A stretch of DNA of 46,113 bases. It comes from a virus. Its lineage: Duplodnaviria; Caudoviricetes. The notes under the pieces are model-generated. The model was not told the origin of the DNA, did no database searches, and saw nothing but the letters and a program-made list of their open reading frames with translations. Shown here piece by piece: positions 8,838-18,703 of the stretch. The stretch is taken from the IMG/VR virus record IMGVR_UViG_3300017903_000263, positions 1 to 46,113 of that record, one strand, 5' to 3'. The translations under genes and the position numbers were made by a program. Positions within the stretch are counted from its first letter, which is position 1. Each line of letters starts with the position of its first letter.

Positions 8838-9766
8838 TTTTTTTCAGTTTCCTCCTTCATCTTCTTCTTGGAGTTGATGATCTTGGAGACCTTCTTGCGA
8901 CGTGCTAGGAGATACTTGTCAGACTTATCGTGATCACCATCATTGTCGATGTCCTTGTCTTCCTTACCAACGGGATCGAGTTTCTTCTCAGAAATCTCTT
9001 GACCTTCTGGTTCAAATCCTGCCTTGACACAATTAGGAACAGACTTGCCACCCTTCATCTTGGTGCCCTTTGCCTTGTAACCCTTCCAGCAGGTGCTAGC
9101 GCCGACATTCTTACGTGCCTGCTTCATGCTGCCTTCTTCCAGAGTCTCCTCTGCTTCAAAGACATACTCAACACCATCGAGTTCAAACGATACCGCTTCT
9201 TTCTTAGCAGTCTTAGCAGACTTCTTAAATGCATCCTTAGCAGGATAGTCTTCGCTGCCTGGTTTTGCAGGTGCTTCACCACGCTTTCTCTTAGCATGGA
9301 TGTTTGCATAGAGACCCTTCTTCTCGCTGATGGTCTCTTCTTTCTTCATAGTATTCTTATCTTCCTTCTGACACTTGGAGCACCCCTTCCCTCCACAGTG
9401 AGAACAGCACTCTTCCTTGGCAACCACCTTCGTGGTGTCTTTAATCTCTGCTCCATGAGACTGTTTGACACCTGCACCGACACGTAGATCGGTAGCAGGA
9501 TCAGGAGCACCCGCATTTGCTTTGATATCCTTGGAACCTTCATCACTCTTCTCCTCCTTACCAGAAAGATCGGGGATGGATGTAGATGCGTCAGCACCAC
9601 CTTCGCGTGTAGGAGTTGCTAGTTCCTTCTTAGGAGGAGCAACAACTTCCTGAATCTGTGAACCCTGGAATCCTTCTCCGCCCATCCAACGGGTGTAGGA
9701 ATCCATTAGTGCTTCCGAAAAAGCATCATTATGTTTTACGTTAGTCGTTGGTTTCTGACGTTCCAT
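8834..9766 (-). CDS. Modular Lys-rich protein, possible prohead core/internal polyprotein
   Basis: Alternating acidic linkers ending ISE/LEE and short basic modules; perfect late promoter at 9794-9801. Confidence 0.75.
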   Translation of the reverse strand: MERQKPTTNVKHNDAFSEALMDSYTRWMGGEGFQGSQIQEVVAPPKKELATPTREGGADASTSIPDLSGKEEKSDEGSKDIKANAGAPDPATDLRVGAGVKQSHGAEIKDTTKVVAKEECCSHCGGKGCSKCQKEDKNTMKKEETISEKKGLYANIHAKRKRGEAPAKPGSEDYPAKDAFKKSAKTAKKEAVSFELDGVEYVFEAEETLEEGSMKQARKNVGASTCWKGYKAKGTKMKGGKSVPNCVKAGFEPEGQEISEKKLDPVGKEDKDIDNDGDHDKSDKYLLARRKKVSKIINSKKKMKEETEKK

Positions 9767-10016
9767 TAGTGAAAATACTTCTTTTCCTCTCTTTATTTAT
9801 AGAATCTGTGACATTGACGTGACGGATATCTTTAATCCAAGAGCGAAACATCTCTCCCGACTCCGCGATGACGATAGCATAGTTACCACCAACACGTTTA
9901 ATCGTACCTTTCTCACCAGTCAACGCGGACATAACAAAGTCTCCCTCCTGGAAAAAATCATCATGTCTCTGCTGCTGCCGCAGTGCTTGCTCTCTAAGTT
10001 TTTTAAAGTCTCTCAT
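9741..10016 (-). CDS. Hypothetical protein, KOW/SH3-like beta domain
   Basis: FQEGDFV...TGEKGTIKRVG pattern; ATGA overlap with the upstream transferase. Confidence 0.7.
   Translation of the reverse strand: MRDFKKLREQALRQQQRHDDFFQEGDFVMSALTGEKGTIKRVGGNYAIVIAESGEMFRSWIKDIRHVNVTDSINKERKRSIFTNGTSETND
9794..9801 (-). promoter_or_regulatory. T4-like late promoter TATAAATA
   Basis: Exact consensus 28 nt upstream of the ATG at 9766, inside the 3' end of the upstream gene. Confidence 0.75.
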
Positions 10017-10582
10017 TTAAAATTAGCAGGCAGGTTTTTTCTAATCTCATCCATCATCATCTTGCAGTCCTTATCATTCATAGATCTAGGAATACCCTGG
10101 CGGAATAGTTTGAAATCGTTGGCATGTGCTGCACGTCTCATCTTTGTGCCAGAGATGGCAAAGGTATCTCCGTCAGCATCTCTGCTTCCTGAAGATTGAA
10201 TCTCGATACTCCTGAACGAGAAGTCTTTGCCATTGTATTTGTGTAGAAACTGCATAGCACTTACTCTATCAGATCCTACTAGGAACACAACCTCATTATA
10301 TCCTGCCATCATCAGGTCTTGCATGATAGAGACAGGATCTTTGGGTCCTGAGTATATTTTACCACGATGTTCTGGAAACATCAAGTTCATGTAATGTAGT
10401 TTACGATCAGGTTTGAGTGGGTTCTTGCCCTTCAGATCGAACGACTGAGAGATATAGATTCTATAGTCATGCCCATGCTGACTCGCGATGCGTTTCACCC
10501 CATCGAAGTTTTCTTTATGACCTGTAGTAGGTGGTTGGAACCTACCAAAGGTGAAATAACATTTGATGCAGTTTAACGCCAT
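10013..10582 (-). CDS. Cytidyltransferase-like (HIGH-class) nucleotidyltransferase
   Basis: TFGRFQPPTTGH (T/HxGH), VGSDR and ISGTKMR (SxTxxR-like) motifs. Confidence 0.88.
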   Translation of the reverse strand: MALNCIKCYFTFGRFQPPTTGHKENFDGVKRIASQHGHDYRIYISQSFDLKGKNPLKPDRKLHYMNLMFPEHRGKIYSGPKDPVSIMQDLMMAGYNEVVFLVGSDRVSAMQFLHKYNGKDFSFRSIEIQSSGSRDADGDTFAISGTKMRRAAHANDFKLFRQGIPRSMNDKDCKMMMDEIRKNLPANFK

Positions 10583-11772
10583 TGTTTCTGGAGAGTGAAG
10601 TTGTTGTAGGCAAACTCTAGTCTGTTGACCAGTTTAATCATGCTGCCGTCCTGGTGAAGAACGTATCCTTCAGGCGTAGTCACCTTGTATCCGTTCTCAG
10701 TCTGGACAAATGTTCTGAATTGTTCAAGGTGGTCCAGTTTATCTATGATCTTTTGCTTGATCATCTGGAATTCTTTATACAAAGCAAGCATTGCCTTGAA
10801 CTTATACACGTTGTCCAGCAGATAATTCTCACTCTTGTAGACCAGATTACACTTCTTCACTCTGTTGGCAGGCGTCTTGATCTTCGCCAACTCCTTCTGC
10901 ATCTTGGCATCATAGAAGTTTACCAGGGCATTAATAGTCTCATCGATGTTACCAACATTTCGTCTATCTCTAATCTCTGCATTGAAGAACTGCTTAAGAT
11001 AAGTAGAAATATGAAATTTAGCATCACCAGTAGTGCCAAAGTTGGATACCAAGTCATCTAGAAAGTCCCCACAGATCTTACACATCCTTTCTATCTTAGC
11101 GATGTGTCTGTCAAAGTCAGCTATTTCTGTAGGAGTTAGTGTAACTTTGTTGATTGGTGTGTCGTTTTGAATACACGCCACCTCTTTGCTTGAGGGAACC
11201 TTGGCACCAGCTCTTGCTTGCATCGATGCTAGTTCATCACCAGTGTAGTGGGTGTGAAACACGACACCAATCTTTGCTGATCTGATTTGCTTGCCCAAAG
11301 GACTATCTACAGGTGCAGCATAGGTGATTGTATTAGGTCGGAACATATAATACTGGGTTCCGTCTACTGTTTTAGTATCCAGAGTGTCATCAGTGAACAG
11401 AAGATCGCCCTGGATGACACCATCGAAGTCTAGTTCCTGGAAATATTTGAGAGAATACTTGAGTTTGGTTGCTAGATCACCATCATACCAAATGTCAATC
11501 TGCTCATCGCTGTAGCATGTCTTGGGTTCAGTCTTATTAAAGACCGACTTGGTTCCAACAAAGAACATACCTGTTGTAGGAGACTTACCACAGATAACTG
11601 ATGGTGCTCCATCCCATTTTGTCTGCAAAAATCCACTTGCATCTGCTTTTTTGCCCAGCATCTTCATCAATTCCTTCAAGAAATTGACTGACGCCACACA
11701 TCCCTCAACTCCATAGTTGAGCATCTCATCCTCTAGGTGTTCTAAGTGCTTGAGTTGCGTTACGTTTGCCAT
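10573..11772 (-). CDS. Conserved phage protein with ligase-type nucleotidyltransferase motifs (DUF6267-like)
   Basis: HLEHLED N-terminus, TKWDGAP (KxDG), QGDLLF, PEGYVL, KLVNR. Confidence 0.7.
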   Translation of the reverse strand: MANVTQLKHLEHLEDEMLNYGVEGCVASVNFLKELMKMLGKKADASGFLQTKWDGAPSVICGKSPTTGMFFVGTKSVFNKTEPKTCYSDEQIDIWYDGDLATKLKYSLKYFQELDFDGVIQGDLLFTDDTLDTKTVDGTQYYMFRPNTITYAAPVDSPLGKQIRSAKIGVVFHTHYTGDELASMQARAGAKVPSSKEVACIQNDTPINKVTLTPTEIADFDRHIAKIERMCKICGDFLDDLVSNFGTTGDAKFHISTYLKQFFNAEIRDRRNVGNIDETINALVNFYDAKMQKELAKIKTPANRVKKCNLVYKSENYLLDNVYKFKAMLALYKEFQMIKQKIIDKLDHLEQFRTFVQTENGYKVTTPEGYVLHQDGSMIKLVNRLEFAYNNFTLQKQWR

Positions 11773-13007
11773 TACTTTTTGTAGTAGTCTCCGTTGGTAT
11801 GCGTGGGGTAGACACCACCACTCTTGTTTCTGATGTTGAACTTGAACTCGTAAGACTTGGTTTCAAATACAATATCAATACGCTTACCAGTGCCAGAGAC
11901 ACCACCATAGTTCACTTCTACCTTATTACTTAGGAGAGTAGAAGCATCTTCCATATACTTTCTATCGATTTCATAGAAGTGCAAGTGAGATCCAGTGTAG
12001 TGACACATCCAATATCCATATCCTACACCACTGGCGATCAGATCCTCAAGTGCTCTCTTACCTTTAGAACTCAAAGTAGTCTCTGCAATGTGACCAGGAA
12101 CTGTAGGACCACCAGTTTTGCCATAGTTCTCAAAGACATCTAGGAACTTCTGTTCATTGATACCAAACATTTCTAGATAAGTCTTACCATCTACAGGGAT
12201 CTCTCCTGCTCTTAGTTTTGCTTCAGGGAATAATGCTAGTTTGTCTCCACCGCTGGAACGAACACCGCAGTTAAAGAATGATAGTGTGCTACCAAACTTC
12301 ACCGAAAGATACACGGGTTTGCCAGCAACTTCTAGTGTAATGTCTGTGAGTGTGGAACCAATATCAAGGGTGCTAGCACCGCCTGCAGAGATAATAATAT
12401 TGCTTCCTTTCTTCTTGAGAGGTCTTGCTTGGTTCTTACCACCCTCTCCAATTGCTTTGGTTGGTGCCTCACCATATGCTGCTGTGAGAGCACCTACGAT
12501 TTGTTCTACGTGGTCTTGATATTTTTTGACTGGTTGTCCAGAGCAATAATCAATCAACGCCTGGGTGAGGTCATCCTCATACTGATTACCCATGTTGACT
12601 TTCTTACCACCCCTGACTTGACCACCAAACTCCCCAGTCTTCTCAAAGTCTGGCAGTTCTAGTTCAAAGTCCCTATTGCTAATTGCTCTAGGTGTTTCTT
12701 TACTAGCGGGGAAATTGCAAGTAAACTCGATATTATTCTGTCCACGGAAACCTGCTAAGCAGATTGTCTGGAACAACATCTTCGCTTCTGCTTCATCACT
12801 CTTGGACATAGTAACAAAGTCCATAAAATTAGACTTTGTATACTTCTTGCCTTGCTTCATTGTCACCTGAAAACCTGAAACCTCTACGACACCAACATCA
12901 GTGAGGAATCTATTCTCTTTACCATTCCTACCTAGTGCCTTGTCGAAGAAGGTATCGATTCGGTCTAGGTATTTGCCACCATTCCTGGCAAAGTCTCCTG
13001 CTTTCAT
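11772..13007 (-). CDS. Hypothetical protein, possible PD-(D/E)XK nuclease
   Basis: GNQYE...TDITL...YLSVK arrangement; KTGEFGG motif; late promoter at 13034-13040. Confidence 0.6.
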   Translation of the reverse strand: MKAGDFARNGGKYLDRIDTFFDKALGRNGKENRFLTDVGVVEVSGFQVTMKQGKKYTKSNFMDFVTMSKSDEAEAKMLFQTICLAGFRGQNNIEFTCNFPASKETPRAISNRDFELELPDFEKTGEFGGQVRGGKKVNMGNQYEDDLTQALIDYCSGQPVKKYQDHVEQIVGALTAAYGEAPTKAIGEGGKNQARPLKKKGSNIIISAGGASTLDIGSTLTDITLEVAGKPVYLSVKFGSTLSFFNCGVRSSGGDKLALFPEAKLRAGEIPVDGKTYLEMFGINEQKFLDVFENYGKTGGPTVPGHIAETTLSSKGKRALEDLIASGVGYGYWMCHYTGSHLHFYEIDRKYMEDASTLLSNKVEVNYGGVSGTGKRIDIVFETKSYEFKFNIRNKSGGVYPTHTNGDYYKK

Positions 13008-13145
13008 TTAATAAGAAGCATCTTCTCCTTTGTTATTTATTTCACACTCTTCGTATTCATGTTTGGTGGCATCATAGAGGAGGTCAAAGTCCTCCTCTGT
13101 CAAAGAATGAGTGACGACTCCATTGTCGTCATAGATGTGATACAT
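13008..13145 (-). CDS. Small acidic hypothetical protein (45 aa)
   Basis: MYHIYDDNGVVTHSLTEEDF...ASY; fills the gap between mazG and the next gene. Confidence 0.6.
   Translation of the reverse strand: MYHIYDDNGVVTHSLTEEDFDLLYDATKHEYEECEINNKGEDASY
13034..13040 (-). promoter_or_regulatory. T4-like late promoter ATAAATA
   Basis: 27 nt upstream of the ATG at 13007 and followed by an AAGGAG SD-like sequence. Confidence 0.65.
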
Positions 13146-13146
13146 C

Positions 13147-13554
13147 TTATCGGTCGTCTGCTGCGCGGTTTTCGCTTTTGAAGACATCGAACTCTCCTCC
13201 TGGATAACGCTTCTTAAGTTTGTTGACATTCGTCTCTACAACATCGTCGAATGACACTTCTAGTGCCATACATGCTTGAGCAACATACCACATGATGTCA
13301 CCCAGTTCAATGATCAGGTGCTCTCGGTTGTCTTCGTTCCAAGGTTTTCCTTGGAATACCATCTTCTTAATGATCTCAAGAAACTCACCACCCTCAGCAT
13401 TAATTCCAACACCAGCAGTAAGGAGTCTCTCAATATTGGCACCTTGTCGATCAAGGTCACCGATACGATCAGCAAAGTCAACGAAATTTGTACTAGCTTC
13501 ACTAGTAACTGCTGAAACAAATTCTTGATAACGTTCAAAATTGACTTTAGACAT
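13147..13554 (-). CDS. mazG: MazG-like nucleoside triphosphate pyrophosphohydrolase
   Basis: AEGGEFLEIIKK...ELGDIMWY...NKLKKRYP; start at MSKVNF. Confidence 0.92.
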   Translation of the reverse strand: MSKVNFERYQEFVSAVTSEASTNFVDFADRIGDLDRQGANIERLLTAGVGINAEGGEFLEIIKKMVFQGKPWNEDNREHLIIELGDIMWYVAQACMALEVSFDDVVETNVNKLKKRYPGGEFDVFKSENRAADDR

Positions 13555-13555
13555 G

Positions 13556-14947
13556 TTAGATAATAAAGGAACTGAATTTATCGATGCGTTTTTGACGATC
13601 TGAGATGTCGTCAAACTGCTCGGTGGGATCTTCCTGATCCGTGACGGAAGCAAGAGGCACTTCGTCCTCAACATTATACAACTTCATCTTCGCTCTGTCA
13701 ATACCCACAGTGAACTTGCGCTGCCACGCCAAGTCATTGTATCGGTTCTTCAACTGCTTGACCATGATGCGACCAGACTGCTCCAGTTCCTCCGTAGAGA
13801 TTAGAGCAAACATAAAGTCAGCAGTAGCAGGCAAACCAAAAGATTCAGAAGTGTCAGTGAGTTCGATGTCACTATTGCCAAACCCTGAGCGAGTTGTTTG
13901 TGTTGCAGAAACAATAGGAACATCATGTTCCACAGCAAGTCCACGTAGTTCTTCAGCAATCGCTTTCACATAAGTGTAAGAGTTCACAATGTGACCCTTG
14001 TATCGCGAACTTGCACAAATATTTAGATAGTCGATGAAGATTATGTCAGGTTTGAAAGACTTTTTCAATGTAAGTTCGTTGAGGAGCGCCTTGAAATGCC
14101 CAGCATGTGCGCTTGCTGTAGGGTACTCCTTAATGATGAGACTGCCTTGTGTTTTTCTACCAATCTCATGTACTCGGGAAGTGAATATCTGCTCTGGTAG
14201 TGTAGCGATGTCCCGTATGTTGACATTGAGGAGATTAGCATCAATTCTTTCTGCAATCTTCTCCTCAGACATCTCACAGGTGACATAAAGAACGTTCTTG
14301 CCTTGGGTAAGAGCAGCAGCGGCGCAATGACACATAAATAAAGACTTCCCGACACCAGTGCCAGCGAGAGCAATATTAAGCGTCTTATTGGGTAAACCTC
14401 CTTTCGTGATCTGATTGAACTTCTCAAGGTCGAAAGGAATCTTCTCTTCATCTTTGTGGTAAAATTCATAGCGTTCGGTTACATTTTGAATGTAGTCGTG
14501 TCCGATGTATTCGTCGAACGATACTGCCAAGGCTTCTTGGAGAATGGAGGGTATCGCATCTCTCGAAATCTCTTTATCGCCTCCATCTGCGATCTTGATA
14601 GAGCGTAGGAGGGCGTTGTAGATTGCTCGTTCTTGACACCACTTTTCTGTTCGGTCTCGCAACCAGTCTGTGTCTGTTTCTTCGTCGGAGTATTCCTTAA
14701 TCTGTTTAACAGACGCTTGATAAGTATCTTCGGTGAGGTCATTTCTCTGCTGCAATTGTAAGATGACAACTTCGGCAGTAGGAACTTTGTCGTACTTGGT
14801 AGAAAAATCATTGATTTCTTCAAAGACCACACGTTCAGTGAGGTCTTCAAAATACTCTGCTTTGAGAAACGGAACTACCTTGCGATAGTAAGACTCGTTA
14901 CCAATAAGGTTACGCAAGATAGTTGTTTCCAGTTTCTCACTCATCAT
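13556..14947 (-). CDS. gp41: Replicative helicase (T4 gp41)
   Basis: Walker [42 protein letters not shown]. Confidence 0.96.
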   Translation of the reverse strand: MMSEKLETTILRNLIGNESYYRKVVPFLKAEYFEDLTERVVFEEINDFSTKYDKVPTAEVVILQLQQRNDLTEDTYQASVKQIKEYSDEETDTDWLRDRTEKWCQERAIYNALLRSIKIADGGDKEISRDAIPSILQEALAVSFDEYIGHDYIQNVTERYEFYHKDEEKIPFDLEKFNQITKGGLPNKTLNIALAGTGVGKSLFMCHCAAAALTQGKNVLYVTCEMSEEKIAERIDANLLNVNIRDIATLPEQIFTSRVHEIGRKTQGSLIIKEYPTASAHAGHFKALLNELTLKKSFKPDIIFIDYLNICASSRYKGHIVNSYTYVKAIAEELRGLAVEHDVPIVSATQTTRSGFGNSDIELTDTSESFGLPATADFMFALISTEELEQSGRIMVKQLKNRYNDLAWQRKFTVGIDRAKMKLYNVEDEVPLASVTDQEDPTEQFDDISDRQKRIDKFSSFII

Positions 14948-15959
14948 CTACTCCGTACAAGAATTCTTTTTGTGCCTGTTTATCTAGTTCATCGAGGACT
15001 TCGGGGGTGAAGTAGGTCTCTGGGTCTTTGAGGATTTGCTTTGCGTACAATTTCTTTCCATCAATCTCATAACGTCCAGCAGAATTTTTCCACAACCCTG
15101 CTCGTTCGCCCATCTCAAGTAGTCCATAGTGTCTTTCTAATCCTCTAGAGTCAAAGTAGAGTCTAGTCTCTACCTTCGATCCTTCTCGTGTCAAACGAGA
15201 CTTCTTAGCCTCGCATTTGATAATGTTTCCAATGAGTTCTGTTCCATCTTTCTCTTTTTTCTTTCCGAGATAAATGATTGTAGAAGCGGAATATTTGAGA
15301 CCACTCCCTCCTCCCATTTCTTTTGTAGGAACGTAAGCGCCGACGACATCATAGGTGTGATTGGTAACCAACATAGGTATGTTAGCCTTGCCAAGTTTGA
15401 GTGTCAAGATGCGAAACACAGATTTAATCAATTGTGCTTTCGTCATGTCACGGACGTTCTTGTCGTTCGTGGCATCCTCTACCTCTTTCTTGCTAGCGAG
15501 CATACCAAGAGAGTCTAGCACAAACATCAGGGGTTTGCGTTCTCCCTCCTTCTGTTCCATGAACTTGTCAACAATTCGTATTGATTGAGTTCGGAACTCT
15601 TCAATGGTATCCACTGGGAAAATGATCATGCGACTAGAGTCAATCCCACGACTCTCGATCATCTGCTTACTAATAGCAGACTCAGTTTCAAAATAGATGA
15701 CGCCAGCATCAGGATCAGAATCGAGGAAATGCTTAACGACAGAAAGACAAAAGAAAGTCTTTCCAGTGCCGCTCTCTCCTGCCACAGCCGTGATCTTATT
15801 GGAGGGAAAACCTCCATAAATGCTGCCACTAACCAGGGCGTTGATGATATAACTCCCAGTATCAACAAAAGATTCAACGTCGCCAGCAGCAACGCCATCA
15901 CTAACGAATGAAGCAAATTCATTCTTGCTGTCCTTAATGACTGTATCTAGAAATCCCAT
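14937..15959 (-). CDS. uvsX: RecA-like recombinase
   Basis: [28 protein letters not shown]. Confidence 0.95.
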   Translation of the reverse strand: MGFLDTVIKDSKNEFASFVSDGVAAGDVESFVDTGSYIINALVSGSIYGGFPSNKITAVAGESGTGKTFFCLSVVKHFLDSDPDAGVIYFETESAISKQMIESRGIDSSRMIIFPVDTIEEFRTQSIRIVDKFMEQKEGERKPLMFVLDSLGMLASKKEVEDATNDKNVRDMTKAQLIKSVFRILTLKLGKANIPMLVTNHTYDVVGAYVPTKEMGGGSGLKYSASTIIYLGKKKEKDGTELIGNIIKCEAKKSRLTREGSKVETRLYFDSRGLERHYGLLEMGERAGLWKNSAGRYEIDGKKLYAKQILKDPETYFTPEVLDELDKQAQKEFLYGVDDE

Positions 15960-15962
15960 AAT

Positions 15963-18452
15963 TTAGAAAAATGATAGTAGTGAAACTTTCTTCTCGTAAT
16001 CCCAACCGATGCATCCTAGCACGTTCTTGAGAGGTTCTAAGAATGACTTCTCAAATTGTAGTTGATAGTCAATGTACTTGTCAAGGTTTAGTTCCTTGGG
16101 GATGTCACTGAAGAAACTGATGCAGTTCTGCATCATTGGGTTGGGTGTCTTCAGATAGATGAATTTAATTTTCTCGCCTTCCTGAATGATGGGATACTTA
16201 TTAGTTAGCTTGTTCTTTTGAACATAGTAGTTGTAAAGTAAGGATCCTCTCACATGGATTGGTGTTCCCTTGCGGAAGATATCATGGGAACATTTGTACT
16301 TGTCTAGACCATTGACACCGCGTGGGAATGCGATGTTCACATAGTCTTGCTTGCGTGTATCCTGCTTGACAAACTCAATGAAGTCAATCAGGTCCTGGTT
16401 CTCCTGCGTCAAGATAATCTTGAATGCTTGGAACAACTTGTCGCGATAGTATTGTGGTGTGGATGAGCGAGCAGTCTCAAGTCCCATGATTTTCATCTTG
16501 GGTTCCTTGTACTGGACCCCTTCGCTGTTCCACACGTTGAGGATATAACGCTTCTTAGCAGTCCAGATGCCACGATTAGCGATGTTCTCTCGCTTCATGA
16601 CCATCTTCTGATCGTATGCGTTCATGTAAAGGGCGAGCTCTTGGTAAGAACTTTCAATATACTTTTCAAGTTCCATCTTACACACCTTATCAAGGAACGC
16701 GACAACTCCTTCATCAGTCTTCTCTCGGTTGGCGTATATAGTTTCAACCAGAGGACCCAGGTTAAGGTAGATAGAATCAGTATCGCTAGCAATAACATAG
16801 TCAACATTATCAGTCTTCAGAATCTTATTCAGTTTCTCATTCATCTTGTTCTCAATCCAGCGGATTGAGAGTTGTCCTGACAACGTGATTGCCTCAGCGA
16901 TCTCAAGACGAAAATATCGAAAGTGCTCATTCCCAATAGCACCATAAGCAGAGTTAAGAGAGATCTTCTTTGCCATCTGGATATTGTTACAGCGGGCAAT
17001 CTCTTTCTTAAGTTCAATAGTAGGAGTCTCCTCGTATTGTTGCTTTGCCTTGAGCATTTTCTTCTTGAAGATGACACGCTCATCGTACATCTTCTGCATC
17101 ATCATGGGCAGAAATCCCTGCTCATCGTTCTTGTAAAGAGTCCCGTTGGCAGCAAGACAATTAGACAAATCAGATGTGTCTACCTTCTTCTCAAGCAACT
17201 TATCAACTGTTGCTGTAGGGTGTCGGTTTGGGAGCAGGGTCTCTGGTGAGAGGTTATACTGCATGATAAGATGAGGGTATAGACTATTAAGGTCAAAAGA
17301 TACAACCCAGTCATAAAATCCTGGATTAGGTTCCTTAACATATGCCCCAGCATACTTAGCGTCTTTTCGTGCTTCTTTCTTAGGAGGGATAGCAATTTTA
17401 CGCTTAAGTAGTTCGACATATATGTAGTTGTCCCACATACGTACCTGTGAGAACACATCCTCAAAGTTGACCTTAGCATCGTATGCCATGGTGAATGCCA
17501 GTTCCAAGAGTTTCATCTTGTCATCCAACTGGTCAACCAGGCGAACGTCAATGATGTTGTACTCTACGAACTTCTGCCAGTCATTCTGATAGAACTCTTT
17601 GAAGGTGTCATACTCGCTATGATCCACCTTGTTAGTTCCCAGTTCAACGTGGGCAATATGATCTAGTTTATAGGATGCTTGGTTGGTGTAAGTGAACTTA
17701 CGATACAACTCAAGATAGTCTAGTGTAGCGATACCAGAAATGTCATAAGCAATCTGCTTGCGACCTTTGATATAAATCTCACGACATAGTGTTGACTTCC
17801 AAGGAGACAGCAACTTTGCCTCACGCTCACCAATAACACGTTCAATACGCTTACTGATGTATGTCATATCGAACAACTGGACATTCCATCCAGTGATCAC
17901 ATCAGGATAGTTACTCATCCAATAGTGGATGAATGCCTGCAACATGCCAACTTCAGTGCTGAAGTGCATGTAGTCTACATCCTTGTGGGTGTTGTTGAAC
18001 TCATAGCGTCCGAACACCTGGATGCGTCCTGTGTGAGAGTCCTTGAGAGAGATCAGAAGAATCTCCTGGTCAGCAGTCTCGATGTCAGGAAACCCGTTCT
18101 CTGCTGCTGTCTCGATGTCAAGTGTGAACACACGGATCTGACTAGAGTCAAACTCAATCTGATCTGCAGGATATTCTTCTGCAATGTATTGATTCAGATA
18201 ACGAGTTTGACCACAAATCTCGAAGTCAGGGATGTCTTTATGCTCATCCACAAACTTTCTTGCATCACGAATCGTACCCTGCTTTACAGGGCGGACGTTC
18301 TTACCATCCAGAGTCTTCCAGCGAGAAGGTTGTTGTGTGGGGAGGTACAGCGTAGGGTTGAAAGGAACCTTATCGCTAAATGCTACTCCGTTTTGATATC
18401 CACGGACGTGGATGTTATTACCTGCCTGCTGAACGCTGGTGTAAAACTTCAT
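15963..18452 (-). CDS. gp43: Family B DNA polymerase (T4 gp43)
   Basis: Exo I DIET, SFDLNSLYPH, KISLNSAYG, ASDTDS, KKRY; uninterrupted. Confidence 0.98.
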   Translation of the reverse strand: MKFYTSVQQAGNNIHVRGYQNGVAFSDKVPFNPTLYLPTQQPSRWKTLDGKNVRPVKQGTIRDARKFVDEHKDIPDFEICGQTRYLNQYIAEEYPADQIEFDSSQIRVFTLDIETAAENGFPDIETADQEILLISLKDSHTGRIQVFGRYEFNNTHKDVDYMHFSTEVGMLQAFIHYWMSNYPDVITGWNVQLFDMTYISKRIERVIGEREAKLLSPWKSTLCREIYIKGRKQIAYDISGIATLDYLELYRKFTYTNQASYKLDHIAHVELGTNKVDHSEYDTFKEFYQNDWQKFVEYNIIDVRLVDQLDDKMKLLELAFTMAYDAKVNFEDVFSQVRMWDNYIYVELLKRKIAIPPKKEARKDAKYAGAYVKEPNPGFYDWVVSFDLNSLYPHLIMQYNLSPETLLPNRHPTATVDKLLEKKVDTSDLSNCLAANGTLYKNDEQGFLPMMMQKMYDERVIFKKKMLKAKQQYEETPTIELKKEIARCNNIQMAKKISLNSAYGAIGNEHFRYFRLEIAEAITLSGQLSIRWIENKMNEKLNKILKTDNVDYVIASDTDSIYLNLGPLVETIYANREKTDEGVVAFLDKVCKMELEKYIESSYQELALYMNAYDQKMVMKRENIANRGIWTAKKRYILNVWNSEGVQYKEPKMKIMGLETARSSTPQYYRDKLFQAFKIILTQENQDLIDFIEFVKQDTRKQDYVNIAFPRGVNGLDKYKCSHDIFRKGTPIHVRGSLLYNYYVQKNKLTNKYPIIQEGEKIKFIYLKTPNPMMQNCISFFSDIPKELNLDKYIDYQLQFEKSFLEPLKNVLGCIGWDYEKKVSLLSFF

Positions 18453-18703
18453 TTCAGTCGTGTGTCTTTCAAGTCATAGTATTGTGCCGAGAACATTGGA
18501 GATGGTTCAGCAATAACAGTGATGTTTTCTGAACGCACTACCAACTCGGTGTCGTCGCTGTAGAGAGGAAAGGGCAGTGCCCCGTCCTCGCTAACTTCAC
18601 AAGCGTATTTTAGCACACAATCGGGGTCACCCAACTCTGTATCAGGAATCTCCTCAACCTCTGCTACGAGCCAATGCCCGTCAAACTTCAGCAGTTTCAG
18701 CAT
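18449..18703 (-). CDS. Small beta-rich hypothetical protein
   Basis: Start MLKLLKFDGHW; ATGA overlap with gp43. Confidence 0.7.
   Translation of the reverse strand: MLKLLKFDGHWLVAEVEEIPDTELGDPDCVLKYACEVSEDGALPFPLYSDDTELVVRSENITVIAEPSPMFSAQYYDLKDTRLK

Noticed and set aside
1787-18452. Introns, inteins or homing endonucleases in nrdB, nrdA, gp41 or gp43
   Set aside because: All are continuous ORFs of ordinary length with no intein or LAGLIDADG/HNH/GIY-YIG motifs seen; gp17 and gp20 are likewise uninterrupted
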